From the NCBI RefSeq assembly GCF_021028975.2, contig NC_059435.1, positions 19,406,001-19,470,000 on the forward strand: a stretch of 64,000 bases of DNA. The letters are read 5' to 3'. The position numbers and the translations under genes are program-made. The DNA is from Sphaerodactylus townsendi (lineage: Eukaryota). The notes under the pieces were generated by a model. It worked only from the letters and a program-made list of their open reading frames with translations. It did no database searches and was not told the origin of the DNA. This document shows, one piece after another, positions 50,699 through 62,271 of this stretch. Numbering within the stretch: position 1 is the stretch's first letter; each line of letters starts with the position of its first letter.

Positions 50699-51213
50699 CA
50701 GTGGTGGCAAACCTATGGCATGGGTGCCAGAGGTGGCACTCAGAGGCTTCTCTGTGGGCACGCACAAACAAAGTGCCCCCCCCCCACACACACACACATC
50801 TAGGCTGGCCTGGGCTGCTGGGCTCGATTATTAGCATTAAACCTAAGACCTAGTTTTGGGGAAGCAGTGTAGGTAACCCTGTTAAGCGCTGTTAAACCCC
50901 TCTGATTTTCATGCGAAGAACTAAAGCATGATCCTTTACCTGGCAGTAAGCTCGGTTGCTAGCAATGGGGCTTGCTTCTTAGTAAACCCTCCTAGGGTCA
51001 TGAGTCACCCATTGGAAGAGTTGCACGGTTGCTTCAAAGCAAATCCACCAACTACCACCTAGCTTTGAGTAACTCACGCCTCGGAGCCAACCGTTTTTTC
51101 TAAACTAAAACCTCAGTATTCAGGTTAAATTGCCATGTTGGCACTTTGTGATAAATAAGTGGGTTTTGGGTTGCAATTTGGGCACTCGGTCTTGAAAAGG
51201 TTCGCTATCACTG
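50699..51213. mobile_element. hAT element resembling Myotis nhAT/hAT1 non-autonomous copies
   Basis: cagtggtggcaaacctatggc...tttgggcactcggtcttgaaaaggttcgctatcactg, with perfect TSD ctgtaggc. Confidence 0.8.
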
Positions 51214-51707
51214 CTGTAGGCTCATAGTAGCTCAATTATTTTAACAGGCCATCATCTTGGGCTTCTCTTTTTCTCCCAACCACTTTGGTTCCCTTAAAAT
51301 CTGTTTTTCACAAACCAACAGTGATAGGGCAGGACTACCTCCTCAGTCTCCTGAACAACTAGAGGCAATGGGGAAAGCCATGCGAGATACACACTCTACT
51401 TGACTCCTTAGTCTGAACAGACTGTTCATGCCATACCTTCCCCTTTCCAACAACAACAACAAAGGCCGGGCTGGCCAGAGAACATGGTCAGCACAAAGGC
51501 CAGGCTGGTCTTTTGTAGGCACTGGCCGGCCTCTCCCTGGTGACGCCGCACATGCCCTCAAGGGCCTGGCTGGGAGGACCCCCATCCGCCCTTACTAGGG
51601 CGGATGCCAGGGGCTTCCTCCTGCCCTTCCCGGGCAGCAACTCCCTTCCCTGCCCTTCCCGTAATGGCCAGGCAATAATGAAAATGATGCTGTGGATTGA
51701 TCATACA

Positions 51708-52018
51708 TAAGGTGACCAGATGGTCACCTTTGTGATGCGGGACGGGGAAGCGGCCGCGCGCACATGCGTGGCCGCAAAAGTGCACGGGCTTCTTGGGCTT
51801 GCCGTTTGCCACCCTGTGACAGGGCAGCAAACAGCAAGCCCCAGAAGCCTGTGCGCTCCTGCGGCCGGGCGCACGGGAGGCTGCCGCACTGCCTTGCGCC
51901 CCCAAGGCAGTGCAGCAGCCTCCCAAAAATCGGGACAATTTGTAGAACCCGCGGGACGCGGGACAAATTGTCCAAAGGCGTGATGGTCCCGCCAAAAGCG
52001 GGACGGCTGGTCAGCCTA
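51708..52018. mobile_element. hAT-Blackjack-like MITE
   Basis: taaggtgaccag...ctggtcagccta with cgggac subrepeats; TSD atcataca/atcgtaca. Confidence 0.8.
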
Positions 52019-52386
52019 ATCGTACACACTGTCAGGGGAGAAAATGTGCTTGGGTGATTTTGTACCCTGTCAGGCACTCAGACAATCTGCCTGCTGGGTG
52101 ACCTGCACAGAATGGCAGGTGGGCAGATTATCCCTGAAAGTGGACAGCATAGAACTTAAAGTGAAAGGGTGGAAGGGTGGAAGGGAGGGAAATAAAGCAT
52201 CTCCTGTTTGTTGTGTTCACGCATTAGTGCCTCCAACGCAGGGCTGTGCAAAACGATTGCTGGTTTGAGATTTTTGAAAATCCCAGGTTGAGGGGAATAG
52301 AACAGGCCAAACTTGTTTTGGGAACGGGACCTGAGAGAAGGTTCCCATTTACGTAATGTCCCACCCATTTACATAATGTCCTATAC

Positions 52387-52496
52387 CCGTGGTGGCGAAC
52401 CTTTGGCACTCCAGATGTTATGGACTACAATTCCCACCAGGGCTGATGGGAATTGAAGTCCATAACATCTGGAGTGCCAAAGGTTCGCCACCACTG
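52387..52496. mobile_element. Palindromic hAT MITE
   Basis: Same family as 21810; perfect TSD tcctatac. Confidence 0.9.
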
Positions 52497-53186
52497 TCCT
52501 ATACCCGTCATGTTTGGCCTGTGCAGAATCTATCAGAGTGTGGCAAGAGCAAATTAATGACTAAGCTCCTGAAAAGCATCCCAGTTTCTGAGGAGGAAAC
52601 AAACTCCACTTTGCTCGTGCACTTGCATTTGAATGTCACAGATCAGAAAAGTTTAATCACTCTAGGCTCACAAGGAGAGGAGGGAGAGAACACATTGGTG
52701 GAACACCAAGCTTGGTGAGACTAAAAATCCCATCAGTTAGCATTCTGATAGAGCATGGGTTTCAAAACTTTCAAAATATATATATGAAATGCCTGCAATA
52801 CTTTCACACAATGTAAATATGTGGTTGATTGATGCATAGGAGAGGCTAAAATGTTCTTATTTTTTTCTTTTTGTATCTTTTTAATTAACCCCCCCTGCAG
52901 ACAAATGCAAACTCTTTATCTTGGGTGAATTTCACGGCATGTTCCAAAGTAGACAATTGCAATACTGTTGGGGCAATAGCAGTGGCAGAGCAGCATTTCT
53001 ATATGTGGAGCAAGCAGGGCAGTTTCTGCTGATTTCCCTTCTCACTACAGGCTCCACTTTGCACTGCATACTGTTCCTTGGGATCTACTGACCCAAAGAA
53101 ACACAATTTGAGGGGGATGCGGAAGCCTGTGGTGGGAGAAGGGGGGCAGGGGAATTGCCTTCACTGAGTTTGACTTTGCTTATGTT

Positions 53187-53577
53187 CAGAGGTGGGATCC
53201 AGCAGGTTCTCACAGGCTCCCGAGAGTAGGTTACTAATTATTTGTGTGTGCCGAGAGGGGGTTACTAATTGGTGATTTTGCCACGTGATTTTTGCCTTAG
53301 TTATGCCCCTCCTCTCAGCAGTAGCGCGCAGAACTTGAAGCAGTCTAGCAGGAGGTGCACCGGCGTGCATGGCAGCCTGCGCCTGCGTGCATTCGTTTCC
53401 CGCCCAAGGACCGGCGCAGTTGCTGTGTCCTTGCCACAGCCCCGCCCAGGAATGCCCCGCCCCCAGAATGCCCGGCCACGCCCCCGTCGTGCCCCGCCCA
53501 GCCCATTGGTGCTACGCTACTGTTTGAATCCCACCACCATGGGAACCTGCTACTAAAATTTTTGGATTCCACCACTG
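53187..53577 (+). mobile_element. Non-autonomous hAT element, ~390-bp variant, 55 bp from a SUGCT exon end
   Basis: Both TIRs present; perfect TSD cttatgtt. Confidence 0.92.
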
Positions 53578-53632
53578 CTTATGTTATTTCAGTCCTCTGC
53601 ATTAAGATCCAAACAGCTAAGTAAGCCCTTAC

Positions 53633-53776
53633 CTGAGAGGACAGCAAATTGCAGTCCACATGCATCCCCTTCCCTGTTTTATGGCTCTGAAGAAGTGCAG
53701 CCATTATTGCTCCATACACATAAAGGCCTGTAGCAAGATCAGTCATAGCTACTCCAGGTCTAACTGGCTCACCGCC
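53633..53776 (-). CDS. SUGCT: SUGCT internal coding exon (144 bp, phase 0 to 0): [48 protein letters not shown]
   Basis: Absent from the ORF track; found by hand. Borders are ttttag|GGCGGT...TCTCAG|gtaagg. It is in frame with both neighbouring exons and contains the family III nucleophile Asp of AMTD (codon 53738-53740). Confidence 0.96.
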
Positions 53777-54136
53777 CTAAAAGATGCAAACAAGAGAGGA
53801 AAGAAGAATCGACATTTCAATGCTGTCTATCGTTTCAGTACTCTTTACTGCTCACTGTAATAAAATCTTACTAATACCATGTCAGACACTGCCATGATAT
53901 CAAGAATTGAAAAGGACTACATTGTACCTTGAATCATCTAGGAGTACAAACAGTGGCCTCAGTCATAACTGTAGTGATCAGAATTGCCAGAATAAGTTCT
54001 GAGGGAGGGTGAACAAATAAATAATTAAATCTCTCCACATGTTTATTATACATCTGGCACATTTTTTTTTGCATCTCCCACATCCAGTAAGTGTTCAAAG
54101 TCCAAATAGGAGGACAGCTTGCGCATCTCCTGAGCA

Positions 54137-54353
54137 CAGGGTGGCCAACACTGGATTGGGAAATTCCTGGAGATATGGGGGTAGAGCATAGGAAAGATGG
54201 GGTTTGGGGACAGGAGGGGCTTCAGTGGGGTATAATGCTGTGAAGTCCATCTTCCAGAATAGTCATCTTCCCCAGGGAAACTGATCTCTATCATGTGGAG
54301 ATCAGCTGTAATTTCTGGAGATCTCCAGACCCCACCTGATGGTTAACAACTCT
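54137..54353. mobile_element. Abundant Blackjack-like MITE (agggt(t/g)gccaa...gcaacccta family)
   Basis: Related pieces at ~16877, 27235-27372 plus 30400-30443, 62018-62365 and 63450-63502. Confidence 0.6.
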
Positions 54354-54359
54354 ATAAAA

Positions 54360-54740
54360 CTGGTTGTTAGGTTATGGTGGCGACTTTGGTACTTGGACTG
54401 ATACTATCAGTTCCCTGCCAGCATGTCCAATTGGCCATGCTGGCAGGGGCTGATGGGAATTGTAGTCCATAACATCTGGAGTGCCAAAGGTTCGCCACCA
54501 CTGTTGTGGGCTTTTCGGGCTGTGTGACCGTGGTCTGGTAGATCTTGTTCCTAATGTTTCGCCTCCATCTGTGGCTGGCATCTTCAGAGGTGTATCACAG
54601 AGACAAGTGTGTTCACACTTCTGAAGATGCCAGTCACAGATGCAGGGGAAACATCAGGAACAAGATCTACCAGATTATGGTCACACAGCCTGGAAAGCCC
54701 ACAACAACCAGTTGAGTCCGGCCGTGAAAGCCTGTGACAA
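54360..54740. mobile_element. Penelope-like inverted-repeat fragment (two degenerate hammerheads), with a MITE at 54372-54503 inserted
   Basis: Arms 54504-54588 and 54620-54704 are reverse complements; the element ends ggccgtgaaagcctgtgacaa. Confidence 0.8.
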
Positions 54741-54987
54741 CCCTATACAACCCTATAGGTGACAACCCTATAGAACATTCAGATTTACTGCTCCCTCTGA
54801 AATTGCTCTCACTTTATTTTTTGTTCAATTGATACCACATTTTTCCTATTAATTATTTACTGAAATATCGTTTTTAAAATACCAAATTAGACAAGAACAA
54901 TAGCCCCCTTTCCCAGCCCATTAGAAAATAACCACTTTGTTTTCAGTCATCAAACTCCATTTACAGCACCTACAAGCTCATCTCCAA

Positions 54988-55030
54988 CTATATATATATA
55001 TTTGTATAATGGCATAATAGGCATAATGGC

Positions 55031-55067
<37 letters not shown>

Positions 55068-55080
55068 AATGGCATAATAG
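54988..55080. repeat. (TA)n microsatellite with duplicated tgtataatggcataatag
   Basis: Read directly from the sequence. Confidence 0.9.
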
Positions 55081-57050
55081 GACTATAGATCCATATAATA
55101 GGGGGGAAAATGTCTATTTAATTTTTAAAAACCAAGGGACACACACTCACACCCTAGCAGAAAGCACGATTGGGATGTGCATAAGAGAATTTTGTTGTCT
55201 GAGCAGCTATTAATAATAGCCAAATTCCAAAAAGGGCACATATTAGATTAGATTGGATTAGTGCACATATACACACGTACACACTTGTTTATACAGCACT
55301 AAGGCACATTTAAGTCCATGTAATAAACAAGAGAGACCAGTCCATTCAGTTTCAATAGATGCCATGAAACTCAATCTAAATTTTAAAAATTGAAGTAGAT
55401 AGAGGAGGTAAAAAGGGGGGGTAGAAAGAAGAGTAACAAAGACTGAAAGTAAGTCAATGCTTACACAATGCTTTACACATACTTAGGGTTTCATTCAGAT
55501 AGTTGATAAGAAGCACGTTGAGCAAAATGATTTTGTGGATAAGGTAATCTGCACTTTGCTTCCCTGTCTTACACTCGAGTCATCATTCAGGAAGTCAGAT
55601 TTAAAAGCCAGTTTCATCTCAATCCCAGCCCTGTTTGCTAGCCAACAACACACATGGAAAGGAAAACTAGTGCAACATGGGAAGTCATGATTGTTGAGAC
55701 TGGAGGACTTATTACTACTTCAAGTATATGGTATCATTCAAGTCGTATTCCTGTGAGCTGTTCTTAAATGGCCAGGTACCAAACAGAGGCATCTGCAGCA
55801 GTAATGTGGTCATCTTCATTATTAAACAAGACTAATCATCTTAAAAAGAAATGATGAACGTTGCAACCTATTAGTTATTCATACTGTGATTACTATAGGG
55901 TAATACACTCCTAAGTTAATAACCTCCTAGTACCACTAACAATAAAAAGCGCAAGAAAGGTAACCTTAAAAGAAGAAGACTTGGAAACTGTTAGTAATTT
56001 TCTCTTCTGGATTCATTGCAGTCTCAGTGTGCCACCATTTTTCTTCTTCATGCATTTTAGACTTGGACTTTAATCTTTATCCAATTTTTTTTGGCCCAAG
56101 ATCAAAGCTTTGCAGAGAAGCTTGATAACCAAATGGTAATTCCAGATGCAGCATCATCTGCACTTCACCTAGAAGTCTCATCCAATTCAATAGGGATCAG
56201 TTCTAGTTGTTTTGCATTCAGAGTTGCTCAAGATTTTTACCCTCTTAAAAAGTTCCCTGCGCTAGCAAGATTACGTGTGGCATACACACAGAAAATTGTA
56301 TTACATTTTTTCAGTGGAAAACCTCTCAGCTTCAAGATGTACAAAAAGCACAAGATACATAATTTCATAGTAATGTTTTTACATTTTTTTTCTAAACGGC
56401 GTCAAAATTACGTATGATTAGATGGGTTTCCAGCATATAGAATGAACTATCTTCTCTATTCTTTTATAAACACTGTTTAGAATGCCACATGCCTTTGTTA
56501 AACGTAGATCATCAGTAATCATCTCCATATATGCATGAACTACATTTCTAAACAATGAGATGCAGGGAAAAAAGAAGGGCTAGTCACTGTACAAATACTT
56601 TCAAGTTGGGTTGCTGTCGAGGGTTGCCTACCTGCAGAGGCCCACAGCTGGACACAGAGTCAATGCCAATACTTGACACACAACCCAGAGCAAGAAACAC
56701 AGCTGGTGATGCAGAGGAAGCAGAACTGGGTTCAGTGGCATCCTCCAGGTGCTGAGAATTGAAAAATGGCTCCAGAAGTCCCTGCATCATTACCGGGAGG
56801 ATAGGAGGAACAGCACACAGAGGATAGTATGACTCCTCTTATACACATTTTAGTTCTGTTGAAATCAGCAGAACTAAAGCAAGCATAAAACGCTTGCTGC
56901 TCCACTGCCATTCAGGGCTCCTCCTACCAGAAAATGGGGGATTCTAATAGGGTTTCTGTGCTGGCTTTCCCACTCTTTGAGGATTTCCTCTATGTCACAG
57001 GCCAAGGGCTGCCTCTGGCGCTGGGCATGGGCAATTCCTTCTTAGCACGT

Positions 57051-57291
57051 GGGCCTCTGGAGCAGTCCCATCGAATTCCCCACTTCGCGCTGCGCCAAGG
57101 TCACCAAAAGGCACATGCTTCTCCTTAGCTGGCTCAGCGGCAATGCTCAAGGCGCTGCTGGAGGGGGGCTGGGGCAGAGAGCGGCATGCCGGGCGTGCCA
57201 CGCTTGTCACGCCTCTGTCATGGGGGAGTGTTAGGGACCCCGCGCTACTTGAGGAGAGTAGCACGGGGATTAAGGTAAGTGGGGGAAGGCC
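57051..57291. mobile_element. PIF/Harbinger-like MITE with interrupted left TIR
   Basis: Homologous to 6804 and 61474; right end gtaagtgggggaaggccc. Confidence 0.6.
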
Positions 57292-57533
57292 CCAAGATAA
57301 TCTCCCATTTACTTATGAAAAGGGAAGCTGGAGGAATCAGAATACAACTTCTTTAACTCCTTTTTGACTAGTCAATGGTCTTTTCCACATGGTGGGGTTT
57401 TTTTTCCAGCTTCTACTACTTTGGTTTATCTGCTGATTTCCACATACATTTCGGAATCTTTAGTTTTCATTGAGGGTTTCTGCTGTCACACTGGCTGGTC
57501 CTTTTGGGATCACTTTTACCTCAACCTTTTTCT

Positions 57534-57810
57534 GGAAGAAGAAAAAGAGTTTGGTTTTCGCTACTGTAGGAGATTCAAGGCAGCTTACAAACGCTTTTCC
57601 TTTCCTCTCCCCATAACAGACATCTTGTGAGGTAGGTGGGGCTGAAAGAATTCTGAAGAACTGTGACTAGTCCAAAATCACCCGGCAGGAATGTAGGAGT
57701 GGAGAAACAAATCTAGTTCACCAGATAATAGTCCACCGCTTATGGGGAGGAGTGAGGAATCAAACCCAGTTCTCTAGATTAGAGTCCACTTGCTCTTAAC
57801 CAGTACACAC
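57534..57810 (-). mobile_element. Squam3-like tRNA/CORE SINE
   Basis: (gaa)n tail, CORE-like gtgaggtaggtggggctg, reverse tRNA head aatcaaacccagttctc...ttaacc. Confidence 0.75.
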
Positions 57811-58204
57811 AGCTTTCCCCGTAATGTGTAATGTTTCTGTTGATTTTCTTTGTCTCACCCACTTCCACTCAACTCCAGCTCATTATTCAGTGATTGGACT
57901 ACTGTCATTTCAACCATGCCCTCTCCTCTCCCGTACCCTGACGACAAGTGATTTCAAATGTTTATATTGCAGTCCTATGCAGAATTACTCCAGTCTAAAC
58001 CCACTGAAATCACTTTGCACAGAACTGCACTGTGTCATGACAGCATGCCAAAATTATCCTTGCCAAATGCTGTTATTTTAGCTCATCCTTCTCTATCTCC
58101 AAACCATCATATAGGCTGCCTCCTGCCCTGCACTGTGTAATCATGCGCCACAGCAAGGTTTTAAATGAGAAAGGGTGGACCCCACAAAATTTGCAGTAGT
58201 ATAC

Positions 58205-58296
58205 CTCAGGCCCTGTGATATGCAAGAGTCCGGAAACAGCAGCTGCAACAGAGTCATAGCCTGCTCGTTGAAACTTTGGACCAGTTTGACCGTAGC
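58205..58296 (-). CDS. SUGCT: SUGCT internal coding exon (92 bp, phase 1 to 0): (G)[30 protein letters not shown]
   Basis: Minus strand reads ttttattttag|GCTACGGT...CCTGAG|gtatac. The peptide matches the recalled human SUGCT segment [31 protein letters not shown], with the G-x-G-x-x-G-P...GYD motif of CoA-transferase family III. Confidence 0.96.
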
Positions 58297-58340
58297 CTAA
58301 AATAAAAACAAGGACACTATTAAGGTGGAATATACAGAAA

Positions 58341-58586
58341 AAGAAGAAGAGTCGGTTTCTTTGCCCCATTTTTCTCTACCGTAAGAAGTTGCGAAGAGAA
58401 TTGCAATCGCCTCCCCCTTCACACACACAACAGACACCTTGTGAGGTAGGTGGGGCTGAGAGAGTTCTAAGAGAACTGTGACTGGTCCAAGGTCACTTAT
58501 CAGGCTTCACGTGAAGCAGTGTGGGATCAAACACAGTTCTCCAGATTAGAATCCTTCACTCTTAACCACTATACTATGCTGGCTCT
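58341..58586 (-). mobile_element. Squam3-like SINE
   Basis: Same structure as 57534; ends ~45 bp from the SUGCT acceptor. Confidence 0.75.
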
Positions 58587-59097
58587 CAGAGTAGCGATAA
58601 CTAGACTTTTCAGTAAACATGTCTCAAGTCAACTAGAGTGGATGGATTTAAATCACCAGGGGAAGGGGGAAGGTAGATTTAGTTTCCCACAAAATAGCTT
58701 TCCACAGTGAAATTCATTAATTTCCTGAACCAACATGGAAAATTTGTAACTATGTTTTAATCATTAATTTAACTGAAAGAGGAGACAAAATTTGCTTTGA
58801 TCAACACTGTATGCATTCAGGGAGACTGAGGGAAGTCACTGATTTGTACACTAAGACTGCAATCCAACGCACACTTATTTGGAAGCAAATCTAAGTTAAT
58901 GGGGGAAAATGAGATTTATTTCTGAGCAGCACTCAACGCAGCAATCCGAAAACATTGAACATTACTGAGCCATCTAGGAAAGTTCTCCCCTGCTGGGCAG
59001 CCACTTATCTGCACAGCAGTAATACAGTGGCCATGCAGCTCCACACACACGCAGCTTACATGAAATGTTGCTCCTGAGTTATCATGGCTAAGAGAAA

Positions 59098-59400
59098 AAG
59101 AAGAAGAAGAGAAGAAGAGTTTGGATTTATATCCCCCCTTTCTCTCCTGCAGGAGACTCAAAGGGGTTTACAATCTCCTTGCCCTTCCCCACTCACAACA
59201 AACACCCTGTGAGGTGGGTGGGGCTGAGAGAGCTCCGCAGAGCTGTGACTAGACCAAGGTGACCCAGCTGGCGTGTGTGGGAGTGTACAGGCTAATCTGA
59301 ATTCCCCAGATAAGCCTCCAAAACTCAAGCAGCAGAGCGGGGAATCAGACCCGGTTCCTCCAGATCAGAGCGCACCTGCTCTTAGCCACTGCTCCTAGCC
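59098..59400 (-). mobile_element. Squam3-like SINE, long subfamily
   Basis: Full length from the (gaa)n tail to the tRNA-like head. Confidence 0.8.
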
Positions 59401-60130
59401 AGAAGCAAGAACTGAGCAAAACAGTGTTTCAAATGGGAAGTTTTTATGCTCCCTGCTTAGCAGGGTCATAAATATTCACAATGTGATGTTGAGTGCTACT
59501 CTAGATATTGTGTATGTGAAACCCCTGCATGCTGAAATGCCTCTGCCTCTGGCTTTCTGAACAAAAGGGGCAGACAGCAGCCCACTGTGAGAAAGAAAGA
59601 CCTAATGCTGCCCGCACTGCCTGCAGCGAACACTGAGAGGTTTTGAGGGCATTATTTCAGAAGGATGGAGTTTGGGCTGAAGATAACTTGAGTGATGTTC
59701 TAGAGATTTCCACAAATAGCTGTATTGTTCCCCATGGAGGATGGGGAAATTCCTACAGTGTCACTGTGGAGGACTTTTCCAGACATTTTTCTCCTGTTCC
59801 TCTGTTTCTCAAGGGTGGAGGATTGGGGCCAAAGATTGGGGTTTACCCACCATATGCAAGTAAATACCAAACTTGGCACACAGGAGTGAAAATCTGATTC
59901 TGTATCCAACCTTTGTTTCTCCTGGCTAGAAGGAACAAGAGCAGGCTACAGAATCACTTTACATTTCTACCACTTGTGGTCCTCCTGTCACAAACAACAT
60001 CCACAATTTTTCAAAAAGTCCTTCTGAGCAAACCCCATAAGAATGAGCAATGACCTCACAAATGTGCACAAATGTGACCAAATTGCTTCCTACGTACAAT
60101 TTTGCCTACGTAGCAAGAGAGACTGGAGAG

Positions 60131-60562
60131 ATGAAGATGGGTTTGGATTTATGCCCTACCTTTCTCTCCTGAAAGGAGACTTATGGTGGCTTACAAACTC
60201 CTTTCCCCACAACCAGGTGCATAATGGCAATTGGGACATCTGAGATGGCTTGTCCAGGGTGGCGCCATTGCAGTCACGTGGGGAGGGGAGGGGTGTCGGG
60301 GGTGGGGAGGGTGCACATGGGCAGGGTGCAGTTCCCGCTCCCTTCGTCACTGCCCACAACAGACACCTTGAGAGGTAGGCGGGGCTGAGAGAGTTCTGAA
60401 TGAACTGTGACTAGCCCAAGGATGAGTGGCAGGAATGTAGGAATACGGAAACAAATCTGTTCACTAGATAGGAGCCCACCACTCGTGTGGAGGAGTGGGG
60501 AATCAAACCCAGTTCTCCAGATTAAAGCCCACCTGCTTTTAACCACAACACCATGCTGGCTC
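60131..60562 (-). mobile_element. Squam3-like SINE with a 139-bp hAT-type insert (60214-60352)
   Basis: The insert cag...ctg is flanked by perfect TSD cccacaac. Confidence 0.75.
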
Positions 60563-61473
60563 TACCCAAGGGCAGAACACATCATTTGTAAAGAAGCAAA
60601 CGCATGCATAGTTTGCAACTGTTAACAAAATGGCTGGCCTAGCCCCTTTTTATTCACAGCATCCGTGTATTTTTAAGAGAGGTGACCGGACATTAATTAA
60701 TACATGGACACTACAGTTGATGCAACACAAATCTATTTTATATTGTGGGATCATTACACAAGTAGTTACACAAGAAGATATTGGACATCTAAAGGATATT
60801 TTTCAGGGCAAACAAATTTGATGCAGATATTTCTGCAAACAGGCATGTGTGTATCATCCCAGCTTTAATCCACATAGCTAAATAATCCTGTTTAATACTA
60901 AATTAATACAAAACACCTTTAAGACCTGCTCTGCAGAATATCATCCTTATCCTTTATGAGCAGACTACATCTTTCTTCAATAAAGATTAATAAAATAAGG
61001 AAAAACTCAAGCAATGGATCCCTGATGAGGGAAACCATATTCTAAGTAAAGCATCACATGCATCTTTATAATTACAGAGCTGCCAAATACGTTGAAATGA
61101 AAAATTGCTTTTTAAAAAATGCGGGTCACATCTTGATCTCTACAAAGAACACGCAGAATGTTCTAGAAAGGCAGGACTTAAATATCACCAAACAGACACA
61201 AGCACAATGAACCAGAGATGAAGTAATGAATAAAGTGTAACCTATGGAAAAATTAATCTGGGTTTAATTTGAACTAGGGCAAAATCAATGATATGCTTTA
61301 AAAGCCAGGCCTCAGCCTTGTGATACCACAGCTGGCGTGGTGCATATGAGCTGTGACGGGTTGGTAGAAAGTCACTCTGAAGGAGTAAACAGGTTCCAAG
61401 CAATTTAAAGGAGTTTTCCTTTCCTATCCTGCTCTTTAAAGGTACTGCGACATCTTTTCTCCTCTTTTTCATT

Positions 61474-61750
61474 GGGCCTTTCCCCACTTACCTAAATTAC
61501 GGGGCTACTTGAGGAGAGTAGCTGGGTCCCCCCGCACTCCCCACAACAGCGGGCGACAATGCAGTCAGCTTCACGCTGCCACTGTCGTGTCTCCCCTCAG
61601 TGTGGCATCCCCAGGTGCTCTTCTTAAGGCGCTTTTGATGACCCCGCGCAGAGCGCAGAGTCGTGGGGACGCCCGGGCACGTGCCTGGGATGACGCGCGC
61701 TGAGAGCAGCGCGCGGCATAGGGGAGATGGAAGAGAGTGGGGAAAGGCCC
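61474..61750. mobile_element. PIF/Harbinger-like MITE
   Basis: Perfect TIR gggcctttccccact; TSD att. Confidence 0.8.
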
Positions 61751-62179
61751 ATTAATGCAAAGAGGGCATATGCACAAATCTTTGCTTCGGGAAAACAACA
61801 GCATCTCTTCTTTATGTGAGCACACGTACAATCTTGCTCTGGAAAGGAACTGAATGTACTACTGACACCCCTACCCTCCCATCAAAGATGCTATATGCTT
61901 CTTCCAGGGAAAACAAGAGCCCTGGTGACAGGTCACAATGAATACACATACACGCCATACATAGTACAACTTGCGTACAGTGTACACTTGACTGTTCTTT
62001 ATTAGGATTTCTACTCTACAGGTGGTGGCTAGAGATCTCCACTATTACAACTCATCTCCAAGAGACAGAGACCAGTTCACCTGGAAAAACTGGTCATTTT
62101 GAAAGGTGGACTCTATGGCATTACATCTCCTACTTCAGGTGGTGGGAGCACGAGACACTCAGATAATGGATTGCTGGCC

Positions 62180-62271
62180 TTTATCAGCCCCTGCCAGCAT
62201 GGCCATGCTGGCAGGGGCTGATGGGAATTGTAGTCCATAACATCTGGAGTGCCAAAGGTTCGCCACCATGG
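62180..62271. mobile_element. Truncated palindromic hAT MITE within a Blackjack-like repeat
   Basis: Right part matches 54430-54500. Confidence 0.7.
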
